Part shown: one piece after another, positions 53,160 to 62,869 of the stretch
Position numbering within the stretch: position 1 is the stretch's first letter
How the letters are laid out: the number at the start of each line of letters is the position of its first letter
Assembly (NCBI GenBank): GCA_028289015.1
Contig: JAQGHC010000015.1
Span: forward strand, 9,210 to 73,209
DNA: 64,000 bases
Reading direction: 5' to 3'
Origin: Candidatus Saccharimonadota bacterium
GTDB lineage: Bacteria; Patescibacteriota; Saccharimonadia; Saccharimonadales; Saccharimonadaceae
The notes under the pieces: model-generated
What the model saw: only the letters and a program-made list of their open reading frames with translations
Database searches by the model: none
What the model was told of the DNA's origin: nothing
Made by a program: the position numbers and the translations under genes

Positions 53160-54761
53160 ATGAGAAACTATTTAAAAACAACAGCATCCTATATTAGTAA
53201 TAGGGTGTCTGGTACGCGAATATCAGGTGTAACTGCCGCTATCTTTATAGCAACTATTTATAGCATAGGTGCAGTGTCTCAATTTAGTCAGCCGGTAAGT
53301 GCCGCGCCTGTTCAGTTAAATGATACGGTCTTTCAATCGATCAAGCCGAGAACGAATGTTAGTTTATTAACAGCATATCCAAGTGAGGTCGCATCGGCAA
53401 GCTCTAAACACGACTTTACGCAGTCGTCAAAACTATTTCTAGCATCTCAAAGTAAACAGACCGGGCTTACCCCGGTCTACCGCCTATATAATACAAAAAC
53501 AGGAGACTTTATGGCGACGCGCTGGGTAAGCGAGCGGGAAAGTGCGATCCGGGATTACGGCTACCAGTATGACGGAATCTCCTTTTATACGGTCGCTGAA
53601 GATACTAGTGAAACTGTCCCGGTATTTCGTTACCTGAAGGGAGCGCTACATAGGTTCGCTGTATCCGCACAGATGCAGGCTACTTTAAAGAACGAAGGTT
53701 GGCGAAAGGAAGGTGTTGCTTTTTATGCAAAGCCGATCGCTGCAGTTAGCTCCTCTGGTCCACGCGCACCTGCCCCACGCGCACCCGCAGCACCGTCAAA
53801 TCCGCCGACCTCAACGTCATCCGTAGTGGATGGAAAATTCACTCTTGTCATATTCCCCGATACGCAACAGGAAACATTTGCCCATTCCAAAGATCTATTT
53901 CTAAACCGAACAAAGAAAGTCGCCTCAGATAAGGACGCGAGAGACATCCGATTCGTCGGACATACTGGCGACCTTGTGTCGGCGGGCGGTAATAAGCAAG
54001 TTGACCGTCAAGATCAATATGACGCCGCTTCTGCCGCCTACACGGCGATTGATCAATCAGGCATCCCCTACTTAATGTCTATTGGTAATCACGACACAAA
54101 AGCGGTCTGCGGAGGCGGTTCCGCCTGCGACCCCACTAAGACAAGGCAATTCTTCCGCGACACAACTGTATTTAACAGCTACTTCTCCACGAGTCGACTA
54201 AAGCTGCCAAATGCTCAGCTATTCGAAGCCGGAAAAGTTGACAATGCCTACAAGACATTTAGCGCAGAAGGAACAAATTGGCTCATTCTGACGCTTGAAA
54301 TGAGTCCGCGAACCGCTGCAGTTAACTGGGCTAAAAATGTCGTTGCTGCTCATCCAAAGCACAACGTCGTTATCCTCAGCCACTACCTGCTAAACAGCAA
54401 TTCAACTATCACGGCAAGTAATGCGGGATATGGTGAAACAAGTGGACGCTACGTCTATGATAATCTGATCTTGAAATACCCTAACGTAAAAATGGCATTT
54501 TCAGGCCACGTCGGCCAAGCTGGCCATCGAACCGATGTTGGGGTGAACGGCAATAAGGTCGTATCATTCTTGGGAGCGTTCCATGCTAATAACTTTAACC
54601 CGATTCGCTACCTGACAATTGATACAAAAAATAATACTGTTACCTCCGACGTGCAAGCGGCTACAGTCCGTGCAGCCTATCTGCAAAAGTATCCTACAAC
54701 GAAGTTGCCAGACTACAATAACTACGACGCAGTATTTACTGGTATGAATTTCGTTAAATAA
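53160..54761 (+). CDS. secreted metallophosphoesterase with N-terminal DUF5648-like repeat region
   Basis: A signal/TM is followed by YRLYNTKTGDFMAT...GISFYT repeats and a Pro-rich linker. Calcineurin-like motifs follow (IFPDTQ, GHTGDLV, GNHD, LSHY, SGHV). An AAAGGAG SD precedes ATG 53160. Confidence 0.75.
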   Translation: MRNYLKTTASYISNRVSGTRISGVTAAIFIATIYSIGAVSQFSQPVSAAPVQLNDTVFQSIKPRTNVSLLTAYPSEVASASSKHDFTQSSKLFLASQSKQTGLTPVYRLYNTKTGDFMATRWVSERESAIRDYGYQYDGISFYTVAEDTSETVPVFRYLKGALHRFAVSAQMQATLKNEGWRKEGVAFYAKPIAAVSSSGPRAPAPRAPAAPSNPPTSTSSVVDGKFTLVIFPDTQQETFAHSKDLFLNRTKKVASDKDARDIRFVGHTGDLVSAGGNKQVDRQDQYDAASAAYTAIDQSGIPYLMSIGNHDTKAVCGGGSACDPTKTRQFFRDTTVFNSYFSTSRLKLPNAQLFEAGKVDNAYKTFSAEGTNWLILTLEMSPRTAAVNWAKNVVAAHPKHNVVILSHYLLNSNSTITASNAGYGETSGRYVYDNLILKYPNVKMAFSGHVGQAGHRTDVGVNGNKVVSFLGAFHANNFNPIRYLTIDTKNNTVTSDVQAATVRAAYLQKYPTTKLPDYNNYDAVFTGMNFVK

Positions 54762-54783
54762 AAAGTTCAGAGATAAACCAAAT

Positions 54784-54816
54784 AAAATACCCATCGGCGA
54801 GGATGGGTATTTTATT
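54784..54816 (+). terminator. intrinsic terminator
   Basis: ATACCCATC-ggcgag-GATGGGTAT followed by TTTATTT. Confidence 0.8.
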
Positions 54817-54891
54817 TGGTGATCTTACCGGGAATCGAACCCGGATTGCCAGGATGAGAACCTGGCGTCCTAACCGTTAGACGATAAGACC
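54817..54891 (-). tRNA. tRNA-Glu (anticodon CUC), CCA encoded
   Basis: The minus strand reads GGTCTTA TC GTCT AACGGTTA GGAC G CCAGG TTCTCAT CCTGG CAAT CCGGG TTCGATT CCCGG TAAGATC A CCA. All four stems pair and the T-loop is canonical. Confidence 0.95.
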
Positions 54892-55062
54892 AAATTCTGA
54901 GCGAAATGTAATTAAAATGTGTTTACATATTTTAATTAATTTCCGAAGAATTTGTGGCTTATATCTTCAGATATAAGACCAATGCGCATATAAAAAGTAT
55001 GCTCAAATCCTCAACCACAATATCAAAAACACTTCTAATTGTCCAGTGAGCGACTAATGTTA

Positions 55063-55437
55063 TTAGCGTAATTTTTCAATAACAGACAGTAATTTCTTGG
55101 GAGTAATGTCTGCTTTAATCAAATACGCATCGACATTTGCTTGCATCGCAAGACGCGATTCCTCGTCTTGGTCAAAGTTAGTCATGACGATGACTTTTGT
55201 ATTAGGAATAAGGTCTTCACCATTACCACGAAGTGACTGTAGGATCTCACTGCCGCGTCGTTCCGGCAGCATGACGTCCAGCAAGATAAGATCGTACGGT
55301 TTGTTCCGTGCGGCAACTAGTCCGTCGTTACCATCTACCATCCAGTCAACATCATATCCGGCCTTATGTAAGCTGCGTACATACATTTCACCGATAAAGC
55401 GATCATCTTCTATACATAAAATTGTCTTGATTGCCAT
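55063..55437 (-). CDS. single-domain response regulator (CheY-like receiver)
   Basis: ILCIEDD...LILLDVMLP...VMTNF...KADITPK is the receiver pattern. At 124 aa it has no output domain. Confidence 0.85.
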   Translation of the reverse strand: MAIKTILCIEDDRFIGEMYVRSLHKAGYDVDWMVDGNDGLVAARNKPYDLILLDVMLPERRGSEILQSLRGNGEDLIPNTKVIVMTNFDQDEESRLAMQANVDAYLIKADITPKKLLSVIEKLR

Positions 55438-55439
55438 GG

Positions 55440-56993
55440 TTATCCCCTAAACATTGCGTGATTTTTAATCCAGCCACCATCTGTATGATTGATAAGACCT
55501 TCGTTGCTATTATTGCTCGCCTTTAACTTATCGGCCACGGTGCTGTAAATTGGTAGGCTGAATGTAAAGGTTGACCCCTCGCCTTCGGCACTGCGGACGC
55601 CGATCTTGCCGCCGTGCGATTCAACAATGGCTTTGCTGATGTATAAGCCGATACCCGTCCCTGAAACGGTTTCGCGTGATCGGTGTGAGCGATAAAATTT
55701 GTGGAACAGGTTGCTAACGACGTTGCCTGGCATGCCGATGCCATGATCTTCAACGGACACGCTGACGAAATTGCCCTCTTGGGTAGCGGTAACATTTACT
55801 GCGCCGCCTTCGTTGCTATATTTTAATGCGTTATCAATTAAATTGGACAGTACTTCACTCGCGCTGTTAGCATCGGCGGCGACTGTTGGAAGGTCGTCAG
55901 GAAAATGAACCGACAGCACGCGGCTTTGCGATGAAGCGCGTAACTCCATGTCGTCCTTAATCGAATCGTAGATATACGTTAAGCTGTCTTCAACGAGGTG
56001 GACTTTTAAATGGCGACGGTCGTATCTTGACGCATTAAGAATATTATTGATGTAGCCACTGAGTCTGTTTGCGGACACGACCAATCGTTTTAATAGCTCG
56101 GACTGATCGGCATCGAGTTTGTCACCTACTTCATCGCCAAATACATCCAGGTAACCGCGGATGACAGTGATCGGTCCGCGAAGTTCATGCGCGGCAAAGG
56201 CGATAAAATCAAGGTCGTCATCATCTGGCTGGTAGTCCGAAGAACGATCGAATAAGCTGACGACCACCTCGGCAGTGCTACCCTTTTGATAAGATGCGGT
56301 AACGTCGTATATTTTTCGGCCTTCTTCGCCGGTGACTTTATTGGGAACGCGCTTCCAGGTGTGTTCCGCATGAACGGCATGCTGCTCGCAGTCCTTTAAC
56401 CATACCTCTAGTGTAAAATCATCATCGAACAACAAATCAATTACTTGTTTACCATTAGGATCCGTATGAGTCGGCGCCTTAGGGTTTGCGTAAGTTACCT
56501 GCCCAGATTCATCCATTATAATAAAACCCACATCAGTATTATCGAGTGCGGTAGTGATTGATGCTAGCGGGAGCTGAGACCCGGCAGCGTCACTACTCTT
56601 CTCCGTGGTACTGCCAAGGGCTAGCGCATAGATTAATTGGAGGATTGGTTTAAAGCCATCCTGTTCGAAGTGTCGCGCATTTGGATTTGGTGGCGTGACG
56701 TCGGTCGGCTCGCCTGATACGTGTGTTCGCGCGCTAGTAAGGTCTTTGAACGGAAGTGTCAGGAGGGTTAACAGGATAACGTTAACGCCAATCGTCGTTG
56801 CTAAGATGGCGATAAGTATAATCCAGAATACGATACTTGTCGTTAATACGCCGCCAGCAATAAGTGCACAGCCGATAACGATCGTAACAGCAACCTGCAT
56901 CAGGATGGTCAGCATGACTGCGCGTTTTTTAAATCGCGGCCAATAGTCGCGGACCATTGCCGGAGGGTTGTTATTGGATTTTTTTACTGCCAT
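55440..56993 (-). CDS. sensor histidine kinase
   Basis: Two TM helices and a PAS-like region are present. The H-box is FIAFAAHELRGP, the N-box NLIDNALKYS, and the G-boxes DHGIGM and GTGIGL. Confidence 0.85.
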   Translation of the reverse strand: MAVKKSNNNPPAMVRDYWPRFKKRAVMLTILMQVAVTIVIGCALIAGGVLTTSIVFWIILIAILATTIGVNVILLTLLTLPFKDLTSARTHVSGEPTDVTPPNPNARHFEQDGFKPILQLIYALALGSTTEKSSDAAGSQLPLASITTALDNTDVGFIIMDESGQVTYANPKAPTHTDPNGKQVIDLLFDDDFTLEVWLKDCEQHAVHAEHTWKRVPNKVTGEEGRKIYDVTASYQKGSTAEVVVSLFDRSSDYQPDDDDLDFIAFAAHELRGPITVIRGYLDVFGDEVGDKLDADQSELLKRLVVSANRLSGYINNILNASRYDRRHLKVHLVEDSLTYIYDSIKDDMELRASSQSRVLSVHFPDDLPTVAADANSASEVLSNLIDNALKYSNEGGAVNVTATQEGNFVSVSVEDHGIGMPGNVVSNLFHKFYRSHRSRETVSGTGIGLYISKAIVESHGGKIGVRSAEGEGSTFTFSLPIYSTVADKLKASNNSNEGLINHTDGGWIKNHAMFRG

Positions 56994-58108
56994 GTGACGC
57001 TACCTGATTTATTTGGTACGGCAGATATCCATGTCTGGCCACGGATAAGCGGGATGTCTTTGCCGGTTATATCGGTAAACGTGATTTGGGCCGCACGGTC
57101 CGCTTTGTGCCATGTGGCTGTCTGCGCAGTTCCGTTTTGGAAAATAACCGCTTCCCCGCTACCGGTTGTCGTAATGCTTTCTCGGTAGCCATCTTCCATA
57201 ATTTTAGTCATCGCGACTTTTAAGACAATGACAGTAGACGGTGCAATTTGGCCGTCTTCACGGTCAAGGTGCGCAGCGCCGGCTTGCGAACGTATATAAG
57301 TGTTCGCTACTCGGTCCCAGACGTAGCTGCTATTGTAGAGCGGCCCGCTGATTGACACATTGATAGTGGTGGCATTTGGTGCTTCGCTTGGCTTGCCATC
57401 TATCCGAGTAAACCCACTAAACGTCGATTCAGTATAGCCCTTTGCCTGGTTGAGTGCATCGAGCCGTTCGAAGCTGGTGTAGACATTGTGAGGAGCGTAG
57501 CGGTCTACCGCTCTCCAGTACGTGCCTGGATTGACGAACTGATCAATGTCGCGGTAGGTGCCATTGCGTACTTCTGTTAGGGCTGCCGCACTACCGCCGA
57601 CATGGGCGATGCTGGCGTTAAACGGAGCAAGCCAATCGACGTAATACATACGAAGACTGCGAACGGGGCCGATCAGCTGCGGCTTATCCTGCTGATGGAG
57701 GGTTAAGAACCGGGTGATACCACCTTCGGCAATTGCTTCGAAGACGACGCCAGATTGCTTTAAGCCGGATTGTGGTCGTGCATCAGGGCTGTTTTCGAGC
57801 ATAATTGCTGTGACGGCTTGTTTAGTAGCCGCTTCCGACTCGACGAGAGCGCCGGTCAGTGGTGAGTAATATTTCATTTCGACGACTGGTTTTGATGTTG
57901 TTTTAGAGGGAACTTTGACGACTGGGTCTGGTGTTTGACTGATTATAGCGAAAGCAACGACGCCAACGATCAAAATAAGCGCAGCACCTGCAATGACGTA
58001 CATTTTTCGAGGATGAGTTTTTATCCATGTACGTATTCGCGGGAGGAGGGGGATTTTACTAGTTTTAGGATTCATGCTAGTGGTTATTATAACAGAAATC
58101 GTTAACAA
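56984..58108 (-). CDS. DUF3048 (YerB-like) membrane-anchored protein
   Basis: An N-terminal TM is followed by RPQSGLKQSGVVFEAIAEGGITRFLTLH and VRSLRMYYVDWLAPFNASIAHVGGS. An alternative start is at 58075. Confidence 0.7.
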   Translation of the reverse strand: MLTISVIITTSMNPKTSKIPLLPRIRTWIKTHPRKMYVIAGAALILIVGVVAFAIISQTPDPVVKVPSKTTSKPVVEMKYYSPLTGALVESEAATKQAVTAIMLENSPDARPQSGLKQSGVVFEAIAEGGITRFLTLHQQDKPQLIGPVRSLRMYYVDWLAPFNASIAHVGGSAAALTEVRNGTYRDIDQFVNPGTYWRAVDRYAPHNVYTSFERLDALNQAKGYTESTFSGFTRIDGKPSEAPNATTINVSISGPLYNSSYVWDRVANTYIRSQAGAAHLDREDGQIAPSTVIVLKVAMTKIMEDGYRESITTTGSGEAVIFQNGTAQTATWHKADRAAQITFTDITGKDIPLIRGQTWISAVPNKSGSVTWQ

Positions 58109-58144
58109 AACGAGTCGTCAAAAAAATAAGCTATCAGCAGTAAA

Positions 58145-58774
58145 TTAGCGGCTTTTATGGCCACGCCAAATCATAGCGTCGTAAGCGGCTTGGACTTCCT
58201 GGGGGATGATTTGTTTTGCCTGAAAGCCTTTTTTAGCATACGAGCGTAGTCGCTGAAAGTTGCCAAGGATGTCACGTATTGTCTCGCCTCGCCCGTGACG
58301 AAGTGAATACTCCGCAAGAGACGTGGATTCGTGGCGATTGATAAATTCAGGTTGGTCACCTTGCCACTGGGCCTGGGCGCTTGCAAGCAATGTGCGGGAC
58401 ATGTAGGGGGCATCGACGAGGATAACGGTTGTCGGAGTGATATCGTTTTCGGTGAGCAATGACTGCGCGTTTGCAATCACCTGCGTTGTGTTTAAGGCAA
58501 GGCCGTCTTTTAGGATGGATGATTCGGGGACGCCGTATGTACGGGCGATTTTTGCCATCGCCCCGGCTTTTGTTATCGTGCTGCCCAGCTGCTCGCCGCC
58601 AGAAAAAAGAATCATCGGCGCAAAACTCATACCGTAAAGTTCGACTGCAAGGTGCGCTACTTCTATATCTTTCGTGCCGTCAGCGATGATTACGTCAGCA
58701 TGTTTCAGCGCAGATTCGATTGCCAGATAGCTCCAGATAATTGCCAATAACTGATCGTCGGATCGCCTATCCAT
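58145..58774 (-). CDS. YdcF/DUF218 family protein
   Basis: ADVIIADGT...ILFSGG...GVPESSILKDGLALNTTQ...ILVDAPYMSRT is the pattern of the ElyC/SanA/YdcF family. Confidence 0.65.
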   Translation of the reverse strand: MDRRSDDQLLAIIWSYLAIESALKHADVIIADGTKDIEVAHLAVELYGMSFAPMILFSGGEQLGSTITKAGAMAKIARTYGVPESSILKDGLALNTTQVIANAQSLLTENDITPTTVILVDAPYMSRTLLASAQAQWQGDQPEFINRHESTSLAEYSLRHGRGETIRDILGNFQRLRSYAKKGFQAKQIIPQEVQAAYDAMIWRGHKSR

Positions 58775-60241
58775 TTAGGCGGCCGCCGCTTCGATAGCGC
58801 GTTGCAATCGGTCGATGGTAGTTTGTTTGCCGAGGGTTGCCAGGGTGTCGTTAAGCGCCGGACTAAACGGTGCCCAGCTAACCGCGAGGCGGATCATACT
58901 AAATAACACGCCAGGTTTTTGGCCGGTCGTTTCAAGTAACTGATTAAGTGTTGCTTGGATTGTTTCGGCGTCAAAGTCGCTTGTTTGCAGTGCGCCAACA
59001 GTGTGCCGCAGCATGTCCGTCAGTTCGCTATGGCTGTATTTTTTCAGCTGCTTATTGTCATCAGCCATTGCCCAGTTCGGTACGGGGTTTTCAAAAAAGT
59101 AGCTGCTTAATAGTGGTAGGTCAGTAAGCGTTTTCAGCCGGTCTTGAACAAGTGCAAGAATTTCCTTTTTACGCTCGATTGTTACTGTCGATGCGCTTTC
59201 AGGCCAAAAATCAGTAACCCGATCAAATAGATCATCCAAATTTAAGCGACGAATCCATTGACCGTTTAACCATAGTAGTCGCTGTTCATCAAAACGAGCG
59301 GGACTTTTTTGGACACGCTCAAGACTGAATTTTTCAATTAGTTCTGTCTGTGAGAAAATTTCTTGCTCCGTCCCGTCGTTCCAGCCTAGTGTGGCTAAAA
59401 AGTTCATCATTGCTTCCGGAAGGTAGCCTTCGTTGCCGTAGTCAAGGATGTCTTTGGCACCGTCGCGTTTACCAAGCTTTTTCTTGCCATCGATCGCCAT
59501 AACGAACGGGAGGGTCGCAAAAACAGGTCGCTCGATATGCAATGCCTCGTAAAGATTCAAAAATTTAGGAGTACTGCTGATGAACTCTTGGCTGCGAAGG
59601 ACGTGCGTAATGCCCATGAGCGCATCATCGATGATGTGACAGAAGTTATATGTCGGAAAGCCATCGCCTTTTATTAGGATATAATCGTCAATCGCCTCTG
59701 GTCCGGTTGACAGATTGCCCATGACTGCATCAGTCCATGTGTATGCTTTTGGATCCGATTTAAATCGGAGTGGCTGCGTGCCGTCCCAAGCTGGAGGGTT
59801 TTCAGGGCGATGGTCGCGGTAAAGGAAAGCGCGCTTATTTGCTTTTGCCTCGTTACGAAACGCCTCCAGCTCTTCCTGTGAATATGGGTCAGCATAGGCC
59901 CTACCCTCGTCGACAAGTTTCTGTGCCCATTTAAGGTAGATTGGTAGGCGTTCGGACTGTAAATACGGGCCATGTTCGCCGCCAATGCCCACACCTTCAT
60001 TCCATTCAATTCCTAGCCAATTTAGGCTTTTTTGGATTTGCTGGATACTACCACTGACTTCTCTGACTTTATCAGTGTCTTCAATTCGAAGTATAAATGT
60101 TCCTTGCATTCTGCGTGCGATTAACCATGAAAAAAGTGCGGTTCGGACGCCGCCGACGTGCATAAAGCCTGTAGGGCTAGGCGCGAATCGCGTACGTACC
60201 GAACCATTTATAATAGGTATTGAAGATAGGTGATCAGACAT
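58775..60241 (-). CDS. gltX: glutamate--tRNA ligase
   Basis: Contains RTRFAPSPTGFMHVGGVRTALF (HIGH region) and KKKLGKRDG (KMSKS-like). The class I GluRS layout is present. Confidence 0.95.
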   Translation of the reverse strand: MSDHLSSIPIINGSVRTRFAPSPTGFMHVGGVRTALFSWLIARRMQGTFILRIEDTDKVREVSGSIQQIQKSLNWLGIEWNEGVGIGGEHGPYLQSERLPIYLKWAQKLVDEGRAYADPYSQEELEAFRNEAKANKRAFLYRDHRPENPPAWDGTQPLRFKSDPKAYTWTDAVMGNLSTGPEAIDDYILIKGDGFPTYNFCHIIDDALMGITHVLRSQEFISSTPKFLNLYEALHIERPVFATLPFVMAIDGKKKLGKRDGAKDILDYGNEGYLPEAMMNFLATLGWNDGTEQEIFSQTELIEKFSLERVQKSPARFDEQRLLWLNGQWIRRLNLDDLFDRVTDFWPESASTVTIERKKEILALVQDRLKTLTDLPLLSSYFFENPVPNWAMADDNKQLKKYSHSELTDMLRHTVGALQTSDFDAETIQATLNQLLETTGQKPGVLFSMIRLAVSWAPFSPALNDTLATLGKQTTIDRLQRAIEAAAA

Positions 60242-60288
60242 AATTACTCTTAGTATAGCAGGTAACGGCCGGGTACTCTACCGGCTAG

Positions 60289-61245
60289 CTACATGCTGGT
60301 TGCGATGTCAAGAATTTGATTACTTGATAATAACGCGTTGCCGTTGATAGTGTAACGGATGCCGTCGTTTACCCAAGCGGCATTATTATCGAAGATGTAG
60401 ACGGTAATTCCCTGTTCGCTGTGTGGAATATAGCCACCTTTTGAAGTAGGTTCAACGTAATTAGCAAGTAGTGCACTAGAATCCCAGCCACTTTTCTCTT
60501 GTTTGACGGTAAAGCCTTGATCGCTGCCATTGGCAACATACTGGATGCCGACTTGACCTTCGGTGTAAGCGACTTTATTGATACGGTAGCCATCTGGGTG
60601 ATAGCCGGGGTATGTCGCACCAAACCCAGCTTGTGCAGCTGCGACGCGGACGGACAAATTCGGCATATTCAGGTAGGTAAAGTAACCAGCGAGCATAATC
60701 AGCGCGAGGCTGGCAGACATGATACTGAAGGTGCGGGAATGCTGACGTGGCTGTTTGACCTGTTTTGTCTTTGCCGTATGTGATGGTGCTTGAGCAAGCG
60801 CTTCGGCAATTGCTTCGTCCTTGATAATCTGCGAAGGCTTCGGCGCATGGGCGGTAACTGTGGCAGATTTTTGTGCCAACTGAGTTTTTTGGTGCGTCTT
60901 TACTGCAATGGGGTGTGCTTTTGGACCGATGTCCATGTGACGCATGGTCGGTTTTGCGCCTGCCGGATGTGGAGCGAACCGAGTGATCGCTGGGCTCTTT
61001 TGAGCGGCAAGCTTAGGCTGTACTGTTTGTTTTTGTACAATCTTGTGTACTGCGTTCGGTGCTTTTTTTACGAACGCACGATTTAGTGTCGCGGATTTTT
61101 GAGTCGCTTTATGAACATTATGAGAATAGTGCTGGACGCGCGAGCTGGTAGTCGGCGCAACAACGACTTCAGGAGATTTACTGAGTGGCAAACCAGTCTG
61201 AGCATCATAGATAATGCCGTTTATCGTGACCGTTTGTTGACTCAT
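60289..61245 (-). CDS. single-pass membrane protein, hypothetical
   Basis: A basic, Lys/Ala/Gln-rich cytoplasmic part is followed by a TM (IMSASLALIMLAGYFTYL) and an extracytoplasmic ~115-aa domain. A GGGGAG SD is present. Confidence 0.55.
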   Translation of the reverse strand: MSQQTVTINGIIYDAQTGLPLSKSPEVVVAPTTSSRVQHYSHNVHKATQKSATLNRAFVKKAPNAVHKIVQKQTVQPKLAAQKSPAITRFAPHPAGAKPTMRHMDIGPKAHPIAVKTHQKTQLAQKSATVTAHAPKPSQIIKDEAIAEALAQAPSHTAKTKQVKQPRQHSRTFSIMSASLALIMLAGYFTYLNMPNLSVRVAAAQAGFGATYPGYHPDGYRINKVAYTEGQVGIQYVANGSDQGFTVKQEKSGWDSSALLANYVEPTSKGGYIPHSEQGITVYIFDNNAAWVNDGIRYTINGNALLSSNQILDIATSM

Positions 61246-61384
61246 GTTAGCTTCTCCCCTTTTTTAGTCAAAAGAGAGGCGGCTACTACCTTTCGCCCCT
61301 CTTTTGCGATTGCTACTTAGTATAGTAGATAAATGCTAACGATTATGCAAGAGTTTATCCTAAAGTTGGTATAATAGAAGTAAT

Positions 61385-62854
61385 ATGTATCGTCAACCTT
61401 CAAAACGCAAACAACTGCTTAAACTATTTACTATCTATACCGCTATGTCGGTTGCAGTCATCGTGCTTGTGTCGATTCTTGTTTTCTTTATGCTAGGCTA
61501 CCAATTTAATCGGACGGACGGCAAGATTGAGCAGGGCGGCTTGGTACAGTTTGATACGCGTCCATCTGGCGCCGACGTGACGATTGACGGTAAGACGTTG
61601 GGAACGCGCACGGCATCGCGCAAGACGCTGACGACTGGTCAACATTTTATTACAATGCAGCGACCTGGGTATAAACAGTGGCAAAAATCTATTGATGTGA
61701 AAGCCGGTAGCGTATTGTGGCTGACGTATGCACGTCTTGTCCCGAACGACTTGAAGCCAGCCAATGTCGCTAGTTTTGCAACTGTCTCAAGCACTGCTTC
61801 TTCACCCGACAATAAGTGGATGGCTGTCAAAGACGACCCTACGACACCGACAATCCGTTTGGCAGATATATCTGGCGATGCGGTAGAGGTGACGAATATT
61901 GAAATACCAGCAACGGCCTATACCGCTCCTAGTCCTGACAAGTCGCAGTCGTTCTCACTTGAAACATGGAATCCCAGTAGCCGATCTATCCTTGTGAAGC
62001 ATACGTATGACGATACAAAAACAGAGTGGCTTGTCATTGACCCCCAGAATATTACGGCATCGAGAAATGTGACGACACTACTTGGCGTCAATGCGACAAA
62101 GGTTGTTTTTAGTGGAAATAATAATTCGATTCTTTACGCTTTGGTGGAAAATAGTATTCGTAAAATCGATTTAGGTGCGACAACATTATCAGGTCCGCTC
62201 GTTTCGAATGTTGCGGAGTTTTCGATGTACGATAACACGACCATTATGTACACTACGCTGTTGGACCCGTCGACCAAGATGCGTCATGCCGGATATTTTG
62301 ACGAAGGTGCGACCAAGCCGCGCATCATCCGAACGTACACTGATGACGGACAGGTGCCGTTGCATATCGCAGTCGGTAAGTATTTTGATGATTATTATGT
62401 CGCTATTGCCTATGATCAAACCGTAGAGATTATGAAGGGCGCATTGCCGCGCAGTGACATCACTAGCCCGTCGCCATTTACACCGGTGACGACAATGAGT
62501 ACACCGGGAGGTGCGCAGTATCTTTCAATCTTGACTAATGGCCGCTTCGTCGTGGCTCAAACGCCGACGGCCTTCGAGGTGAGGGATATAGAATTAAGTA
62601 AGACAACGACCACGTTAAAGTCGGTAGCGCCGTTGCAACGTGAACTACGCTGGCTCGACGGCTACACGGTGTGGAGCGACCAAGACGGTATCCTTCGTAC
62701 GTACGAATTTGACGGGTTGAACCAGCGTGAAATTATGCCAGTTGCACCTGGATTTAGTGTCACCTATAGCCCGAATGCAAAATACCTCTACGGTATCGTT
62801 AAGTCAGCTGACGGTAAATTCCATCTTGAACGCGTTCAAATGATCCTTCCGTAA
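61385..62854 (+). CDS. PEGA-domain membrane protein with beta-propeller-like C-terminal region
   Basis: An N-terminal TM is followed by a PEGA-like module (GADVTIDGKTLGTRTASRKTLTTGQHFITMQRPGYKQWQKSIDV). Confidence 0.65.
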   Translation: MYRQPSKRKQLLKLFTIYTAMSVAVIVLVSILVFFMLGYQFNRTDGKIEQGGLVQFDTRPSGADVTIDGKTLGTRTASRKTLTTGQHFITMQRPGYKQWQKSIDVKAGSVLWLTYARLVPNDLKPANVASFATVSSTASSPDNKWMAVKDDPTTPTIRLADISGDAVEVTNIEIPATAYTAPSPDKSQSFSLETWNPSSRSILVKHTYDDTKTEWLVIDPQNITASRNVTTLLGVNATKVVFSGNNNSILYALVENSIRKIDLGATTLSGPLVSNVAEFSMYDNTTIMYTTLLDPSTKMRHAGYFDEGATKPRIIRTYTDDGQVPLHIAVGKYFDDYYVAIAYDQTVEIMKGALPRSDITSPSPFTPVTTMSTPGGAQYLSILTNGRFVVAQTPTAFEVRDIELSKTTTTLKSVAPLQRELRWLDGYTVWSDQDGILRTYEFDGLNQREIMPVAPGFSVTYSPNAKYLYGIVKSADGKFHLERVQMILP

Positions 62855-62869
62855 TGGATTTGCTGGTTA

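Noticed and set aside
54956-54980. Hairpin GGCTTATATCT/AGATATAAGACC, whose minus-strand 5' end (GGTCTTAT) equals the first 8 nt of tRNA-Glu, as a possible att-type duplication
   Set aside because: Only 8 nt are shared, and they come from the tRNA 5' end, not the 3' end. No integrase or mobile genes are nearby, so this is probably chance or a promoter-region structure.
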